NCBI GenBank assembly: GCA_038245845.1 | Contig: JBBRRZ010000016.1 | Coordinates: 133-64,132, forward strand | DNA: 64,000 bases | Source: Candidatus Limnocylindrales bacterium | GTDB taxonomy: Bacteria > Chloroflexota > Limnocylindria > Limnocylindrales > CSP1-4 | Reading direction: 5' to 3' | In this document: positions 30,793 to 40,039 of the stretch, piece after piece | How positions within the stretch are numbered: position 1 is the first letter of the stretch | Layout: every line of letters begins with the position of its first letter | Made by a program: the position numbers and the translations under genes | Notes under the pieces: generated by a model | Told to the model about the DNA's origin: nothing | The model's input: only the letters and a program-made list of their open reading frames with translations | Database searches by the model: none

Positions 30793-32520
30793 TCAGCTCG
30801 TCCCACCACCCCACACCAGCACGGCGCCCGTGGCCGGGTCCACGACTGCGTACCGGATGAGCCCCGTGTCGAGGTTGTAGCCGCGCACGTACCAGACCGG
30901 GTCCTGGGCGCCGCTCGTCGTCGTTGACCGCAGGGCGGCCGCGGCCGTCGCGTCAAGTTGCACGAGCGCGCCCCTGCGGGCGAGCACCACGCGCAGCAGC
31001 CGCGTCGTGCCGCCCAGCGGACCGTCATCCTGGCGGACCGGGCCCCCAAGCACCGAGTCGCCGCCCAGCAGGCCCGCCGCGACCTGGCGACCCGTGGCGA
31101 TCGGCTGGCCGTCGGCCCACGCGACGGCCTCGATCGTGAACGGCTCGACGCACCCCACGAGGCTGGCGCCACATCCTGCGTCCGTCGCACCGAACCGACC
31201 GATGACGACGACCTGCGGCGGTGCGCGCAGCCGGACCACCGGCAGCCCGATCGCGCTCTCGGGGACCGTCACGCCCGGCGGGACGCGACCCGTCACGTGC
31301 TCACCGATGACGGCATCGGTGGCGCCGTCGCGCTCCGACCAGGGCGCAACCGCAAGGATCGCCGACCGCGGGCAGCCGTCGCCCGGGAGTCCCGCGATCG
31401 GGTCGGCGCACGCCTGCGGGTCCGCCCACGCGCGGAGGTAGCCCGCGACCGCCACGACCCGCGACGACGGGCTCGCGCGCCAGGCGGCGACGGCATCGGC
31501 GATGTCCCGGACGCGCAGCCCGGCGACGGCCGCCGGCAGCTCACCCGACGCAGCCTCCGCACCGTGCGACAGCGTCCGGCCCGTCGCATAGTCGATGACC
31601 GCCCACGACAGCCGAGGCGGGGCGTGGCCCAAGGGGAAGTGCGTAGCGTCATAGGCGGTCTCGAGACCGCGCACGTACCAGACGAGGTCCTCGGGCGGCG
31701 GCCCGGCGGGCACGTCCTGGGCGGCGACAGGATCGACCGCCACGAGCGTCGAGGGCCGGATGAGCGCGGAGACGAGGATCGTCCCGGACCACCCGGTGGC
31801 GAGCGTCTGTGCCGAATCGAGGCCCCGCAGGGCGATGGCGGGTGGCGCGACCTCGAGCCCAGCATCGAACACCGGCCCCGGGTCCCACGCGGCACCGTCC
31901 AGCCATGCGACGCGGTCGAGGACGAGCTGCTCACCGCACCCGCGCTGGCTCGTGACGCACGGCGCGTCTGGGCCAACGCTGCGGCCGATGAGCACGACGG
32001 GCATCGCAGCCGTGGTACCGGGGACCTCGAACGGGCCGGGCAGACGGACGCCCGCCGGGATGTGCAGGTGGATGTGCAGTCCGCCGGCCGTCGCCGGGCC
32101 GTCGATCAACCTCGCCGAGCGTTCGCACAGCGGGCCAAGCGAGCCGCGCGTGTCGCCCGCCGCCGCGCGGCAGTCGGTCACGGCCGCCACGTCCCCGAGC
32201 GTGCCCGCCACGGCGATCGGCTCCTGGTCGGCCGCCGCCAGCCGGGCCTGCGCCGCGGCGATCGTGAGGACCCGCAGGTCCGCTTCGACCGGCGGGATCC
32301 TCGCGTCCAGCACGTCCGGCGCCACCACCTGTGGGAGCAGCGATCCCGCGGCCGTCGCCACCGGCCCGGACGGCGCCGGCTCGGGCGGGGCTGGGCGGGG
32401 CCCGAGCACGCCGGCGGCGACCACGGCCCCCAGCAGGAGCACGGGCAGCGTGATGCCGACGACGCGCATGAAGCGCCGGACCGGCGAGCGGGGGTTCGTG
32501 GGGACAGGCTCGATGATCAT
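30793..32520 (-). CDS. Membrane-anchored protein with two tandem copies of an uncharacterised Cys-paired domain
   Basis: N-terminal TM; repeated AVAG.L..C..C.RSA.L, P.GV..P, IGR..C..C, VAW.DG, VWYVRG, D.ATG. Confidence 0.75.
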   Translation of the reverse strand: MIIEPVPTNPRSPVRRFMRVVGITLPVLLLGAVVAAGVLGPRPAPPEPAPSGPVATAAGSLLPQVVAPDVLDARIPPVEADLRVLTIAAAQARLAAADQEPIAVAGTLGDVAAVTDCRAAAGDTRGSLGPLCERSARLIDGPATAGGLHIHLHIPAGVRLPGPFEVPGTTAAMPVVLIGRSVGPDAPCVTSQRGCGEQLVLDRVAWLDGAAWDPGPVFDAGLEVAPPAIALRGLDSAQTLATGWSGTILVSALIRPSTLVAVDPVAAQDVPAGPPPEDLVWYVRGLETAYDATHFPLGHAPPRLSWAVIDYATGRTLSHGAEAASGELPAAVAGLRVRDIADAVAAWRASPSSRVVAVAGYLRAWADPQACADPIAGLPGDGCPRSAILAVAPWSERDGATDAVIGEHVTGRVPPGVTVPESAIGLPVVRLRAPPQVVVIGRFGATDAGCGASLVGCVEPFTIEAVAWADGQPIATGRQVAAGLLGGDSVLGGPVRQDDGPLGGTTRLLRVVLARRGALVQLDATAAAALRSTTTSGAQDPVWYVRGYNLDTGLIRYAVVDPATGAVLVWGGGTS

Positions 32521-32585
32521 CGTGTGCACTGGGTACGTGGTGGGACGCGTCCCGGATGACCGGTGCGCTCGGGTACTGTGCGCCA

Positions 32586-33956
32586 ATGGCGCGAATCGCG
32601 GAGCTCGACGGGGTCGAGGAGCGCAGCTTCTGGCAGGTCACGATGCCGCAGCTCCCCGACCGGCGTGGCCTCGACCTGCCCGATGCGGCGGACGTCGTCG
32701 TCGTGGGCGGCGGGCTTACCGGGCTGTCCGCCGCGCGCCGGGCCGCCGAGCTCGGGGCGGGCGTCGTCCTGCTCGAGGCCGAGCGCCTGGGCTGGGGCGC
32801 GTCGACGCGCAACGGCGGGATGTGCCACCCGGGCTACAAGACGTCGCTGGCGGCGCTCGCGACGGTGCACGGCCGCGCACGCGCGGAGCGGCTGTACCGG
32901 GAGTCGATCGACGCGTTCGAGCATGTCGCGGCCCTGTGCCAGGGGACGATCGAGGCCGACTTCGCCCGGTCCGGGCACGTTGTGCTCGCGTCGGCGCCCG
33001 GGCATGCGACGTCGTTCGCCGCCGCGGTGACCGGGCTCGCGACCGTCGACATGCCTGCGCACATCCTCGGCCGGGACGAGATCCGGACCGAGGTGGGGAG
33101 CGACGCATTCTTCGGCGGCCTCGTCGTCGAACGGAGCGGCGGGCTCCACCCGGGCAAGCTCACAGGCGGCCTCGTGCGGCTCGCCGAGGCGGCTGGCGCC
33201 CGGCTCCACGAGGAGACCCGAGCCCTGCGGGTTCGGCCGCAAGCCGACGGCCGGTCCGTCGTCGAGACCTCGCGCGGCGCGATCCTCGCCCGGGACGTCA
33301 TCGTCGCGACGAACGGGTACACGGGCGGGCTCACCCCGTCGCTCCGGCGGCGCCTGCTCTCGATCGGCAGCTACGTCATCGTGACGGACCCGCTGCCGGA
33401 CGACCTCGCCGCCGAGCTCGTGCCGCGGCGCCGGATGCTGTTCGATACGAAGCAGTTCCTCTGGTACTGGCGGCTGACGCCCGACAACCGGATGCTGTTC
33501 GGTGGCCGGGCCTCGATGTGGCCCACGTCCGTCGCCCGTGCCGCGAAGCTCCTCCAGCGCTCGATGACGGCGGTCCATCCGCAGCTGCGCGGCACGCGGG
33601 TCGCGTATGCGTGGGGCGGGCGGGTCGCGTTCACCTACGATCGGATGGTCCACGCCGGCCGCGCCGACGGCGTGACGTACGCCACCGGCTGCTGCGGATC
33701 CGGGGTGGCGATCATGCCGTGGCTGGGGATGCGGGTCGCCGAGTGGGTGGGTGGTGGCAGCGCGCCGGAGCTCGCCTCCCTGTCGTTCCCCATCATCCCC
33801 GCGCCGTACGAGGGCCGGGCGTGGTTCCTGCCGCTCGCGGGCGAGTACTGGAAGGCGAAGGACCGCCTGGCCGCGCGCGCGGCGGCTCGCCATGTGGCGC
33901 GCGAGGTGGCCACGGAGGAGGCGGGCCCGACGGCCGGGCGAGGATCGGCGCCCTAG
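32586..33956 (+). CDS. FAD-dependent amine oxidoreductase (PuuB/OrdL, DAO family)
   Basis: GGGLTG, ASTRNGG, LHPGK, ATNGY, YAWGG. Confidence 0.9.
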   Translation: MARIAELDGVEERSFWQVTMPQLPDRRGLDLPDAADVVVVGGGLTGLSAARRAAELGAGVVLLEAERLGWGASTRNGGMCHPGYKTSLAALATVHGRARAERLYRESIDAFEHVAALCQGTIEADFARSGHVVLASAPGHATSFAAAVTGLATVDMPAHILGRDEIRTEVGSDAFFGGLVVERSGGLHPGKLTGGLVRLAEAAGARLHEETRALRVRPQADGRSVVETSRGAILARDVIVATNGYTGGLTPSLRRRLLSIGSYVIVTDPLPDDLAAELVPRRRMLFDTKQFLWYWRLTPDNRMLFGGRASMWPTSVARAAKLLQRSMTAVHPQLRGTRVAYAWGGRVAFTYDRMVHAGRADGVTYATGCCGSGVAIMPWLGMRVAEWVGGGSAPELASLSFPIIPAPYEGRAWFLPLAGEYWKAKDRLAARAAARHVAREVATEEAGPTAGRGSAP

Positions 33957-34112
33957 CCTCTGGCCGATACATGGGACGTCGCTGCAAGGGAAGGTCGGGT
34001 AGCTCGATCGGTGCGCCAACATCGATCGCGCACCCTGAAGCCACGCCCTCCCCGGACCCTCCGCCTGCAGCCCGGGCCCGTCAGCGGCGATCGCCACCGA
34101 GAAAGGACCTGG

Positions 34113-34532
34113 ATGACCGTCAATCGCCACATGCCGGCGGTGCGTTCGGCAATCGCTGGCGCCCGTCGACTTGCTCCGGACATCCTGGCGGCGTTGTTCG
34201 CCGTGTCAGGGGCCGGTCATCTTGCCCGTCCCGCGTCCTACGAGGCGCTGATCCCGCCCTTCCTGCCCGCCCCGGGCGCGATCATCGCCATCTCAGGCGC
34301 CGCAGAGATCATCTGTGCGGTCGGGCTACTGCGACGCGACTGGTGGGCCGGCCCGATGAGTGCGGCGCTGCTCGTAGCGGTGTTCCCGGGCAATGTCTGG
34401 TTCGCGTTGGCGACGACCTCCGCCGTGGACTCCGCCGGCCTGCTGGTCGTCGTGTCCTGGCTCCGGTTGCCGCTGCAGCTCCCGTTGATCTGGGCAGCCC
34501 TTCAGTCGAACGCTGGCGCCCGCCACCGCTAG
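34113..34532 (+). CDS. DoxX-like membrane protein
   Basis: GAGH...Y..LIPPFLP, SGAAEI, VAVFPGN, RLPLQ.PLIW; AAAGGA SD. Confidence 0.8.
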   Translation: MTVNRHMPAVRSAIAGARRLAPDILAALFAVSGAGHLARPASYEALIPPFLPAPGAIIAISGAAEIICAVGLLRRDWWAGPMSAALLVAVFPGNVWFALATTSAVDSAGLLVVVSWLRLPLQLPLIWAALQSNAGARHR

Positions 34533-35581
34533 CCCTCCGGTGGCGTGGAGGCACCCGGTGAGGGCGCGCCACCCGCCTGGCCGGGGAACCTGACGGTGTC
34601 AATGCGCCCCGTCGCGAGCACCCGCCGGCCCTCGGGATCCACGATCAGCCAGTCGATCGTCGATGGATCGCCCGCAATGTCCAGGCCACGGACAAACCAG
34701 ACGCCCTGCGCCGGGTCCAGCGTCGCCGCGTCGGCCGCCGCGGCGGGCTCGATCCTCGCGATCGTCCCGGGCGCCACCAGCACCGTGAGCAGGGGATAGG
34801 CCGTGGACGGCAGGGCGGACCGGGCGAGCGACGCCGACCGGAGCAGGGTCGCGCCCGTGCGCTCGACATCGCCCAGCGCCGGGTCCAGCGCGATCGTCCG
34901 CGGGAAGTCCTGGCCCTCAACCCAGGCCACACGCTCCACGACGAGCTCCTGGCCGCAATGCCGGCCGCCGGGCACGCAGCGCTCGGCACGTTCGTCGTTG
35001 AAGCGGGCGAGCACGATGACCGCGGGTGTCGTGGTGCCCGGCGAGGCGGCCACGAATGTGGCCTGGGACGGGATGCCGACGCCAGCCGGGAACTGTGGGT
35101 GGAGGTGGAACCCGGGCGCGTCGGGGCTGCTCGTCGGTCCGCCCTGCCACGGATCTTCGCCGAGCAGGCCGACCCGGGCGCAGAATGCCCCGAAGATCCC
35201 CATGCGGGAGTCGCGGCAGGCTGCGGGGACATCCTCGAGCCCGAGGTAGCCCGCGACCGCGATCACGCCTCGCGCGAGCCCGCGGTTGCGCGCCTCGAGG
35301 GTCCAGTGAACGCCGTGGACCGTGAGGCCGGCGATCCGCGACGGGAACACCGGGGCCATGGGATCAGGCGTGGGGTCCGGGGCCGGCGTCGGGTCGCTGA
35401 CGGCGACAACGGGGGCGCCGCTTGCACGTGGTCGCGGCGTCGGCGCTGGCGCCGGTGCGGGTCCCAGCACGCCGATCCCGACGACGCCGAGGAGGAGCAC
35501 GACCGGGAGCGCGATCCCGACGACGCGCAGGACGCGCCGGGGCCGGGACCGGGGTCCGATGGAGGCGGGCTGGACGATCAT
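34529..35581 (-). CDS. Single-domain paralog of 30793-32520
   Basis: Near-identical N-terminus (RVVGI.LPV.LL) and the same AVAGYL / C..C / VAW / VWFVRG motifs. Confidence 0.78.
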   Translation of the reverse strand: MIVQPASIGPRSRPRRVLRVVGIALPVVLLLGVVGIGVLGPAPAPAPTPRPRASGAPVVAVSDPTPAPDPTPDPMAPVFPSRIAGLTVHGVHWTLEARNRGLARGVIAVAGYLGLEDVPAACRDSRMGIFGAFCARVGLLGEDPWQGGPTSSPDAPGFHLHPQFPAGVGIPSQATFVAASPGTTTPAVIVLARFNDERAERCVPGGRHCGQELVVERVAWVEGQDFPRTIALDPALGDVERTGATLLRSASLARSALPSTAYPLLTVLVAPGTIARIEPAAAADAATLDPAQGVWFVRGLDIAGDPSTIDWLIVDPEGRRVLATGRIDTVRFPGQAGGAPSPGASTPPEG

Positions 35582-35607
35582 GCTCGCCCAACCTTACGCG
35601 CGGGGCG

Positions 35608-36039
35608 TCAGGCCGGATGCGGCGGGGCCGGATCGCCGCGCGACGCGTGGCACGAGAAGCATGCGGCGCGGTCGGGCGAGTTCGTGGCGCCACAGGCAAC
35701 GCATGCCCAGAACGTCATCAGGCGGGCCTTGGGTGGCGGCACCGGCCTGGCGAGCAGCCGCATCGCGACGAACCCGAACGCGGAGAGAAACATTGCGACC
35801 ACGATGAGCGCCACGATGTACGGGAACAGGGGCTCCGACCCGACATTGACGTCCTCGGTCGTCACCTCACTGATGCCGGGCGGGCAGGCGTTGGCGATGT
35901 CGATCCCCGGCGGCGGCCCGTCAAGCTCCCAGCCCGCACACCGCGGGTCGCGGTCGTCGGCGAGGGCCGTGGGCGCGAGCGAGAGCGTGAGCACGACGAC
36001 CAGCCACGCATGGACGCACAGGGCCACGAGGCGACGCAT
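35608..36039 (-). CDS. Single-pass membrane protein with a C-terminal RanBP2-like zinc finger
   Basis: Signal peptide, Cys pair, TM, then WACVACGATNSPDRAACFSC. Confidence 0.7.
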   Translation of the reverse strand: MRRLVALCVHAWLVVVLTLSLAPTALADDRDPRCAGWELDGPPPGIDIANACPPGISEVTTEDVNVGSEPLFPYIVALIVVAMFLSAFGFVAMRLLARPVPPPKARLMTFWACVACGATNSPDRAACFSCHASRGDPAPPHPA

Positions 36040-36086
36040 GCCCCAGTTGTACCGCCCGCCCGGTGCGGCCCGGCACCCCCCGATGG

Positions 36087-37670
36087 TCACCCCGAGCCCG
36101 CGAGGCGGCGGAGCGTCCCGAGGAGGCGGTCGATGTCCGCGTCCGTGGTGAGGTAGTTCACGACGCCAGCGCGGAGCCACGTCCGGCCGCGGAGCGTGGT
36201 CGTCGACAGCCATCCGTCTCCCGACGCCTCGAGCGCGGCCGCCAGGCGGTCCTGGTGCGCGTCGAGCTCGCGTGGGTCCAGCGTCGCGGCGGCCACGGCG
36301 CCGCCCGGGAGGTGGCGGAAGCACACGACGGACAGCTCCGGATCCTCAGGGAGGGCCTCGAGATCGTCGGCCTCGGCGCACCGGCGGGCGAGGTACGCGG
36401 CAACGTCGTCGTTCATCTCGATGAGCCGGCCGAGGCCGCTCGTCCCGAGGTGCTTCCACGTGGCCCACAGCTTGAGGGCGCGGAAGCGGCGGGTCCCCTC
36501 GAAGCCCAGCTTGTAGAAGTTGAGCTGGCCGGCGTGATCGTCCCCGTGTCCCGGTTCGTCCGAGAGGCCGGCTCCGCCCTCGCCGCCGCGGTAGTACTCG
36601 GGCGAGCGGTCGAACGCCTGGCGCAGGTGCGTGCCGTCGCGGACGAGCAGCGCCCCGATGTCGTAGGCCTGGAAGAACCACTTGTGGGGATCGACGGTCA
36701 CGCTGTCAGCGAGCTCCAGGCCGGCGACGCGCGCGGCGTCGCGGGTGGACAGCCGTACGGCGCCGCCGTAGGCGGCATCGACGTGGAACCACAGGCCCTC
36801 GCGCGCGGCCAGCGCACCAAGCTCCGGAACGAGGTCCACGGACCCCGTGTTGGTGGACCCGGCGACGGCGCAGATCGCGACCGGTCGGAGACCCTGCGCC
36901 CGGTCCGCGGCGATGGCCTCGGCGACCGGTGCCGCGTGGAGCCGGAATCGGTCGTCGCACGGAAGGGTGACCAGCGTCTCGGGCGGGAAGCCCAGCTCAT
37001 CGAGGGCCCGGGCGATCGAGAAGTGCGTCTGGTCGCCGGTGTAGACGCGGATGTCCTCGAGTGCCGCACCGCGCGGCGGCCGGGGCGCATCGGTGAGCCG
37101 GCGGAGGTGGACGTCGCGCACGAGGGCCATCGCGATGAAGTTCGCCATGACGCCGCCGGACGCGAGCAGGCCGAAGCTGCCCTCCCCGTACCCGACGAGG
37201 TCGCACAGCCAGCGCACGACCTCCTCCTCGACGAACGCGCCGACGGGCCCGGCATGCCAGACGTCGATGCCCTGGTTGGTCCACTGGGCGAGCACCTCGC
37301 CGACGATCGAGGCGACGAGCGGCGGCGGCGTGAAGTAGCTCAGGGCCCGGGGGTGGTAGCTGTTGAGCGTGTGGGGCGCGATCCGGGCCGTGAACTCGTC
37401 GAGGACCGCGGACAGCAGCTGCGGGTCCCGCGGGGCGGGGCCGGGACCGCCAGCGTCGCCGAAGTACATCCGGCGCAGCTTGTCGAAGCCCGTCGGCAGG
37501 CCCATCGCCCGGACCATTGCCTCGTCATACAGCCAGTCGAGGGAGGCGCTCCACGTCGCCTGACCCGCGCGCTCGAGCGCCGCCCGCGAGATGTCGGCGT
37601 CACGGATGCCGATGAGCTCTGGTTCGGGATGCCAGCGGAACGGGGCGAGGGGATCCGGGCGGTCGTCCAT
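36087..37670 (-). CDS. Group II PLP-dependent decarboxylase
   Basis: VAGSTNTGSVD, WFHVDAAYGG, DSVTVDPHKW (PLP Lys), RALKLW. Confidence 0.92.
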   Translation of the reverse strand: MDDRPDPLAPFRWHPEPELIGIRDADISRAALERAGQATWSASLDWLYDEAMVRAMGLPTGFDKLRRMYFGDAGGPGPAPRDPQLLSAVLDEFTARIAPHTLNSYHPRALSYFTPPPLVASIVGEVLAQWTNQGIDVWHAGPVGAFVEEEVVRWLCDLVGYGEGSFGLLASGGVMANFIAMALVRDVHLRRLTDAPRPPRGAALEDIRVYTGDQTHFSIARALDELGFPPETLVTLPCDDRFRLHAAPVAEAIAADRAQGLRPVAICAVAGSTNTGSVDLVPELGALAAREGLWFHVDAAYGGAVRLSTRDAARVAGLELADSVTVDPHKWFFQAYDIGALLVRDGTHLRQAFDRSPEYYRGGEGGAGLSDEPGHGDDHAGQLNFYKLGFEGTRRFRALKLWATWKHLGTSGLGRLIEMNDDVAAYLARRCAEADDLEALPEDPELSVVCFRHLPGGAVAAATLDPRELDAHQDRLAAALEASGDGWLSTTTLRGRTWLRAGVVNYLTTDADIDRLLGTLRRLAGSG

Positions 37671-37903
37671 CCCGGGATGGTATCGGGAGCGGCGAGCACG
37701 GTCGGGCGCCGCCGCGCCTCGTGCCTTGCGCGGCGCGGGCGTGCCCCGCGGGCGCGAGCGTGCCCCGCGGCGCGCGTCGCGGCACTCTCCCGGCAAATGT
37801 CCAGGTAGTGGACCGTATCCAGGGCGTGGGTGGCGACTCGTGCGGGCGGCGCCCGATTCCGCGGTCAGCAGTCCGCCCGGTGGCCCGTAGGCGAGAACTT
37901 CGT

Positions 37904-37925
37904 GTCTACGGTCCGGACCATGGAC
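37904..37925. promoter_or_regulatory. 22-bp imperfect palindrome in a divergent intergenic region
   Basis: GTCTACGGTCCGGACCATGGAC (18/22 symmetric). Confidence 0.35.
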
Positions 37926-38017
37926 TGGAGACGGAAGCGGGCGGCCAAATCGGTGTCGGCAGGTGTCACATCGGCGCCGGCAGCGGGCTACGGCCCGCGT
38001 GCTGGACCGATGACGGA

Positions 38018-38082
38018 AATCGGGCGGCGCAATCGGGCGGCGCAATCGGGCGGCGCAATCGGGCGGCGCAATCGGGCGGCGC
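38018..38082. repeat. Perfect tandem repeat (AATCGGGCGGCGC)x5
   Basis: Five identical 13-mers with no spacers. Confidence 0.95.
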
Positions 38083-38191
38083 CGGGCCGCGCCGCCGGGC
38101 GGCGATGGCCGGCCCGGCGCGACGCGAGGCGACGCGGAACCGGGGTCGGTGGACGACGCAGCCCGGGGATCGTCGGCGGTACGCTAGTGTC

Positions 38192-38632
38192 GTGACTTTC
38201 CCGCACGAACCAGCGACGGTTCGGCCCATCGACTACAAGGGCGAGCCCCTGGACGCCGAACGTGGACCGGGCCTCGGCTGCTTCCGGTTCCAGCTCGTCC
38301 TGCTGGCCGTCGCGATCGTCCTGACGCCGCTGTCCGTGGTCTGGGAGTGGCCCGTCGCGATCAGCGCCGGCCTGCTGTTCCTGACGATCTTCCTGCTGCT
38401 GTTCGCCGGCCAGACGATCATCTTCCTGCTCCGGCTCGTCGCCGCGGACCGTCGCGAGGGACGTCGCCGGCCGCTCGGCAGCGCGACACCGACCGTGGGC
38501 GAGCTCGAGGACCGGGATGGTCTGGACGAAGACGCGGGCGGCGACAGGACCGAGGCCGCCGACGATGGCGCGACTGCAACGTCCGGGGCTGCGAACGAGG
38601 AGGGGCCAGCGTCGTCCGGCGTGCGAGAATAG
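38192..38632 (+). CDS. Two-TM membrane protein with acidic C-tail
   Basis: YKGEPLDAERGPGLGCF.FQL, two hydrophobic helices. Confidence 0.7.
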   Translation: MTFPHEPATVRPIDYKGEPLDAERGPGLGCFRFQLVLLAVAIVLTPLSVVWEWPVAISAGLLFLTIFLLLFAGQTIIFLLRLVAADRREGRRRPLGSATPTVGELEDRDGLDEDAGGDRTEAADDGATATSGAANEEGPASSGVRE

Positions 38633-38676
38633 GGGCACCCGAGAACGACTCAGGCTCCCAGGAGGCCCCTCGCTCC

Positions 38677-39003
38677 GTGCCCGTACTCGCGACCTACTTC
38701 TCCGTCCGACGCGGGCGGGACCCGTTCTTCAAGTTCTTCATGAAGACGATCTTCCCGCGCCAGATCAAGGAATACGAGGAGAAGTTCGGCATCCGGTTCG
38801 TGGGCTGGTTCAACGTCGCCCACGGCTGGGACTTCGACAACGTCATCATGCTGGACCTGCCCGACTACGCGACGCTCGACAAGCTCGAGGCAGACGAGGC
38901 AACCCGCGCGCTCGGCCACCGGGCCGGGGAATGGATCTTCGAACGACATCACTCGATGTTCCTGCGGGAACGGCTCGGCCCCGATCTCGTGTACCACGGC
39001 TGA
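38677..39003 (+). CDS. Small alpha/beta protein, possibly ferredoxin-like dimeric barrel (NIPSNAP-like)
   Basis: GGAGG upstream; GIRFVGWF......D.VIMLDLPDYATL pattern. Confidence 0.7.
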   Translation: MPVLATYFSVRRGRDPFFKFFMKTIFPRQIKEYEEKFGIRFVGWFNVAHGWDFDNVIMLDLPDYATLDKLEADEATRALGHRAGEWIFERHHSMFLRERLGPDLVYHG

Positions 39004-39016
39004 AGGAGGCGATCGC

Positions 39017-39991
39017 ATGGACGTGAGCCGCAACAACTTGCTCAGCGAGCTCGCCAACGATGCCGCCCTCGAGCGGACCGACTTCGTCATCCAGGCGACG
39101 GAGCAGCTGGCGAAGTTCCTCGACCGCCACAAGGAGCGCATCGCCGCGCTCGGTGGCATGACGCTCATCGACGACGACCCGGACTACCTCTCGATCGCGC
39201 CGGACATGACGTTCCGCGTCCGGAGCCGCTACGAGGACCCGGACACGGGCGAGTGGACGAGCGACACGGAGATCGTCGAGACGGCGTCTGAGCTCATCGA
39301 GCTCTACAACCCGGCCGAGATCTACATGGCGTTCGCCGAGGCTGCGCGCGAGGCCGCGGGCATCGCCGCCGAGCCCACCGCGACCGACGAGCTGATGGGA
39401 ACCGCCGGGATCCCGCCCGAGGAGACGTTCGGCACTGGCGTGGGCCTGGGCGATGATGCCTACGCTGGCGCCGCCGACTCGTGGGCCGCCGGTCAGCCGC
39501 CCATCCTCGAGGCGGACGACGAGGAGACTGCGGCGCTCGCGCTGTACAACCTCGCGCTCGACTTCCAGGAGCGCAGCCAGTCCAACGAGGCCCGCCTCAT
39601 CGAGCAGTTCGAGGAGGCCGCCAGCCGGATCGCGGGCCAGGTGGGCGACCTGATCATCGTCGACGACGACGACGAGCGGCTGGTGCTCAGCGGCTCGGGC
39701 AAGTTCCGCGCCGAGGTCCTCGCCGAGGATTCTGCGGGCGAGTGGCGCGAGCTGACCGGTGCCGAGGACCTCGTCGAGTTCTACGACCCGACCGACGTGT
39801 TCGGTGACCTTGCCGACGCGCTCGCCGAGGCATTCCCGGCCATCGCCCCGGACCTCGAGGGCGACGGCGACGGCGAGGACGACGGCGACGGCGACGGCGA
39901 CGACACTGCGGCCGCCGCGAATACCGAGGACGTCGAAGATGTCGAGGACGTGGAAGACGTCTCGGACGACGCCCCCGGCGCCCGGCCCTAG
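39017..39991 (+). CDS. Highly acidic protein with an internal two-fold domain duplication
   Basis: AAGGAGG SD; repeats IDDDPDYL..GEW..ELYNPAEI and VDDDDERL..GEW..EFYDPTDV; DG and EDV tail repeats. Confidence 0.8.
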   Translation: MDVSRNNLLSELANDAALERTDFVIQATEQLAKFLDRHKERIAALGGMTLIDDDPDYLSIAPDMTFRVRSRYEDPDTGEWTSDTEIVETASELIELYNPAEIYMAFAEAAREAAGIAAEPTATDELMGTAGIPPEETFGTGVGLGDDAYAGAADSWAAGQPPILEADDEETAALALYNLALDFQERSQSNEARLIEQFEEAASRIAGQVGDLIIVDDDDERLVLSGSGKFRAEVLAEDSAGEWRELTGAEDLVEFYDPTDVFGDLADALAEAFPAIAPDLEGDGDGEDDGDGDGDDTAAAANTEDVEDVEDVEDVSDDAPGARP

Positions 39992-40039
39992 CTCCTCGCC
40001 CCGGCACCCACGAGTCGCGCTTCCGGGATCGGCACGCCC

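Noticed and set aside
31760-34561. 933-aa plus-strand ORF
   Set aside because: Off-frame overlap of the amine oxidase and antisense to 30793-32520; no protein-like composition.
38018-38082. Possible CRISPR array
   Set aside because: 13-bp units directly in tandem with no spacers, and no cas genes in the window.
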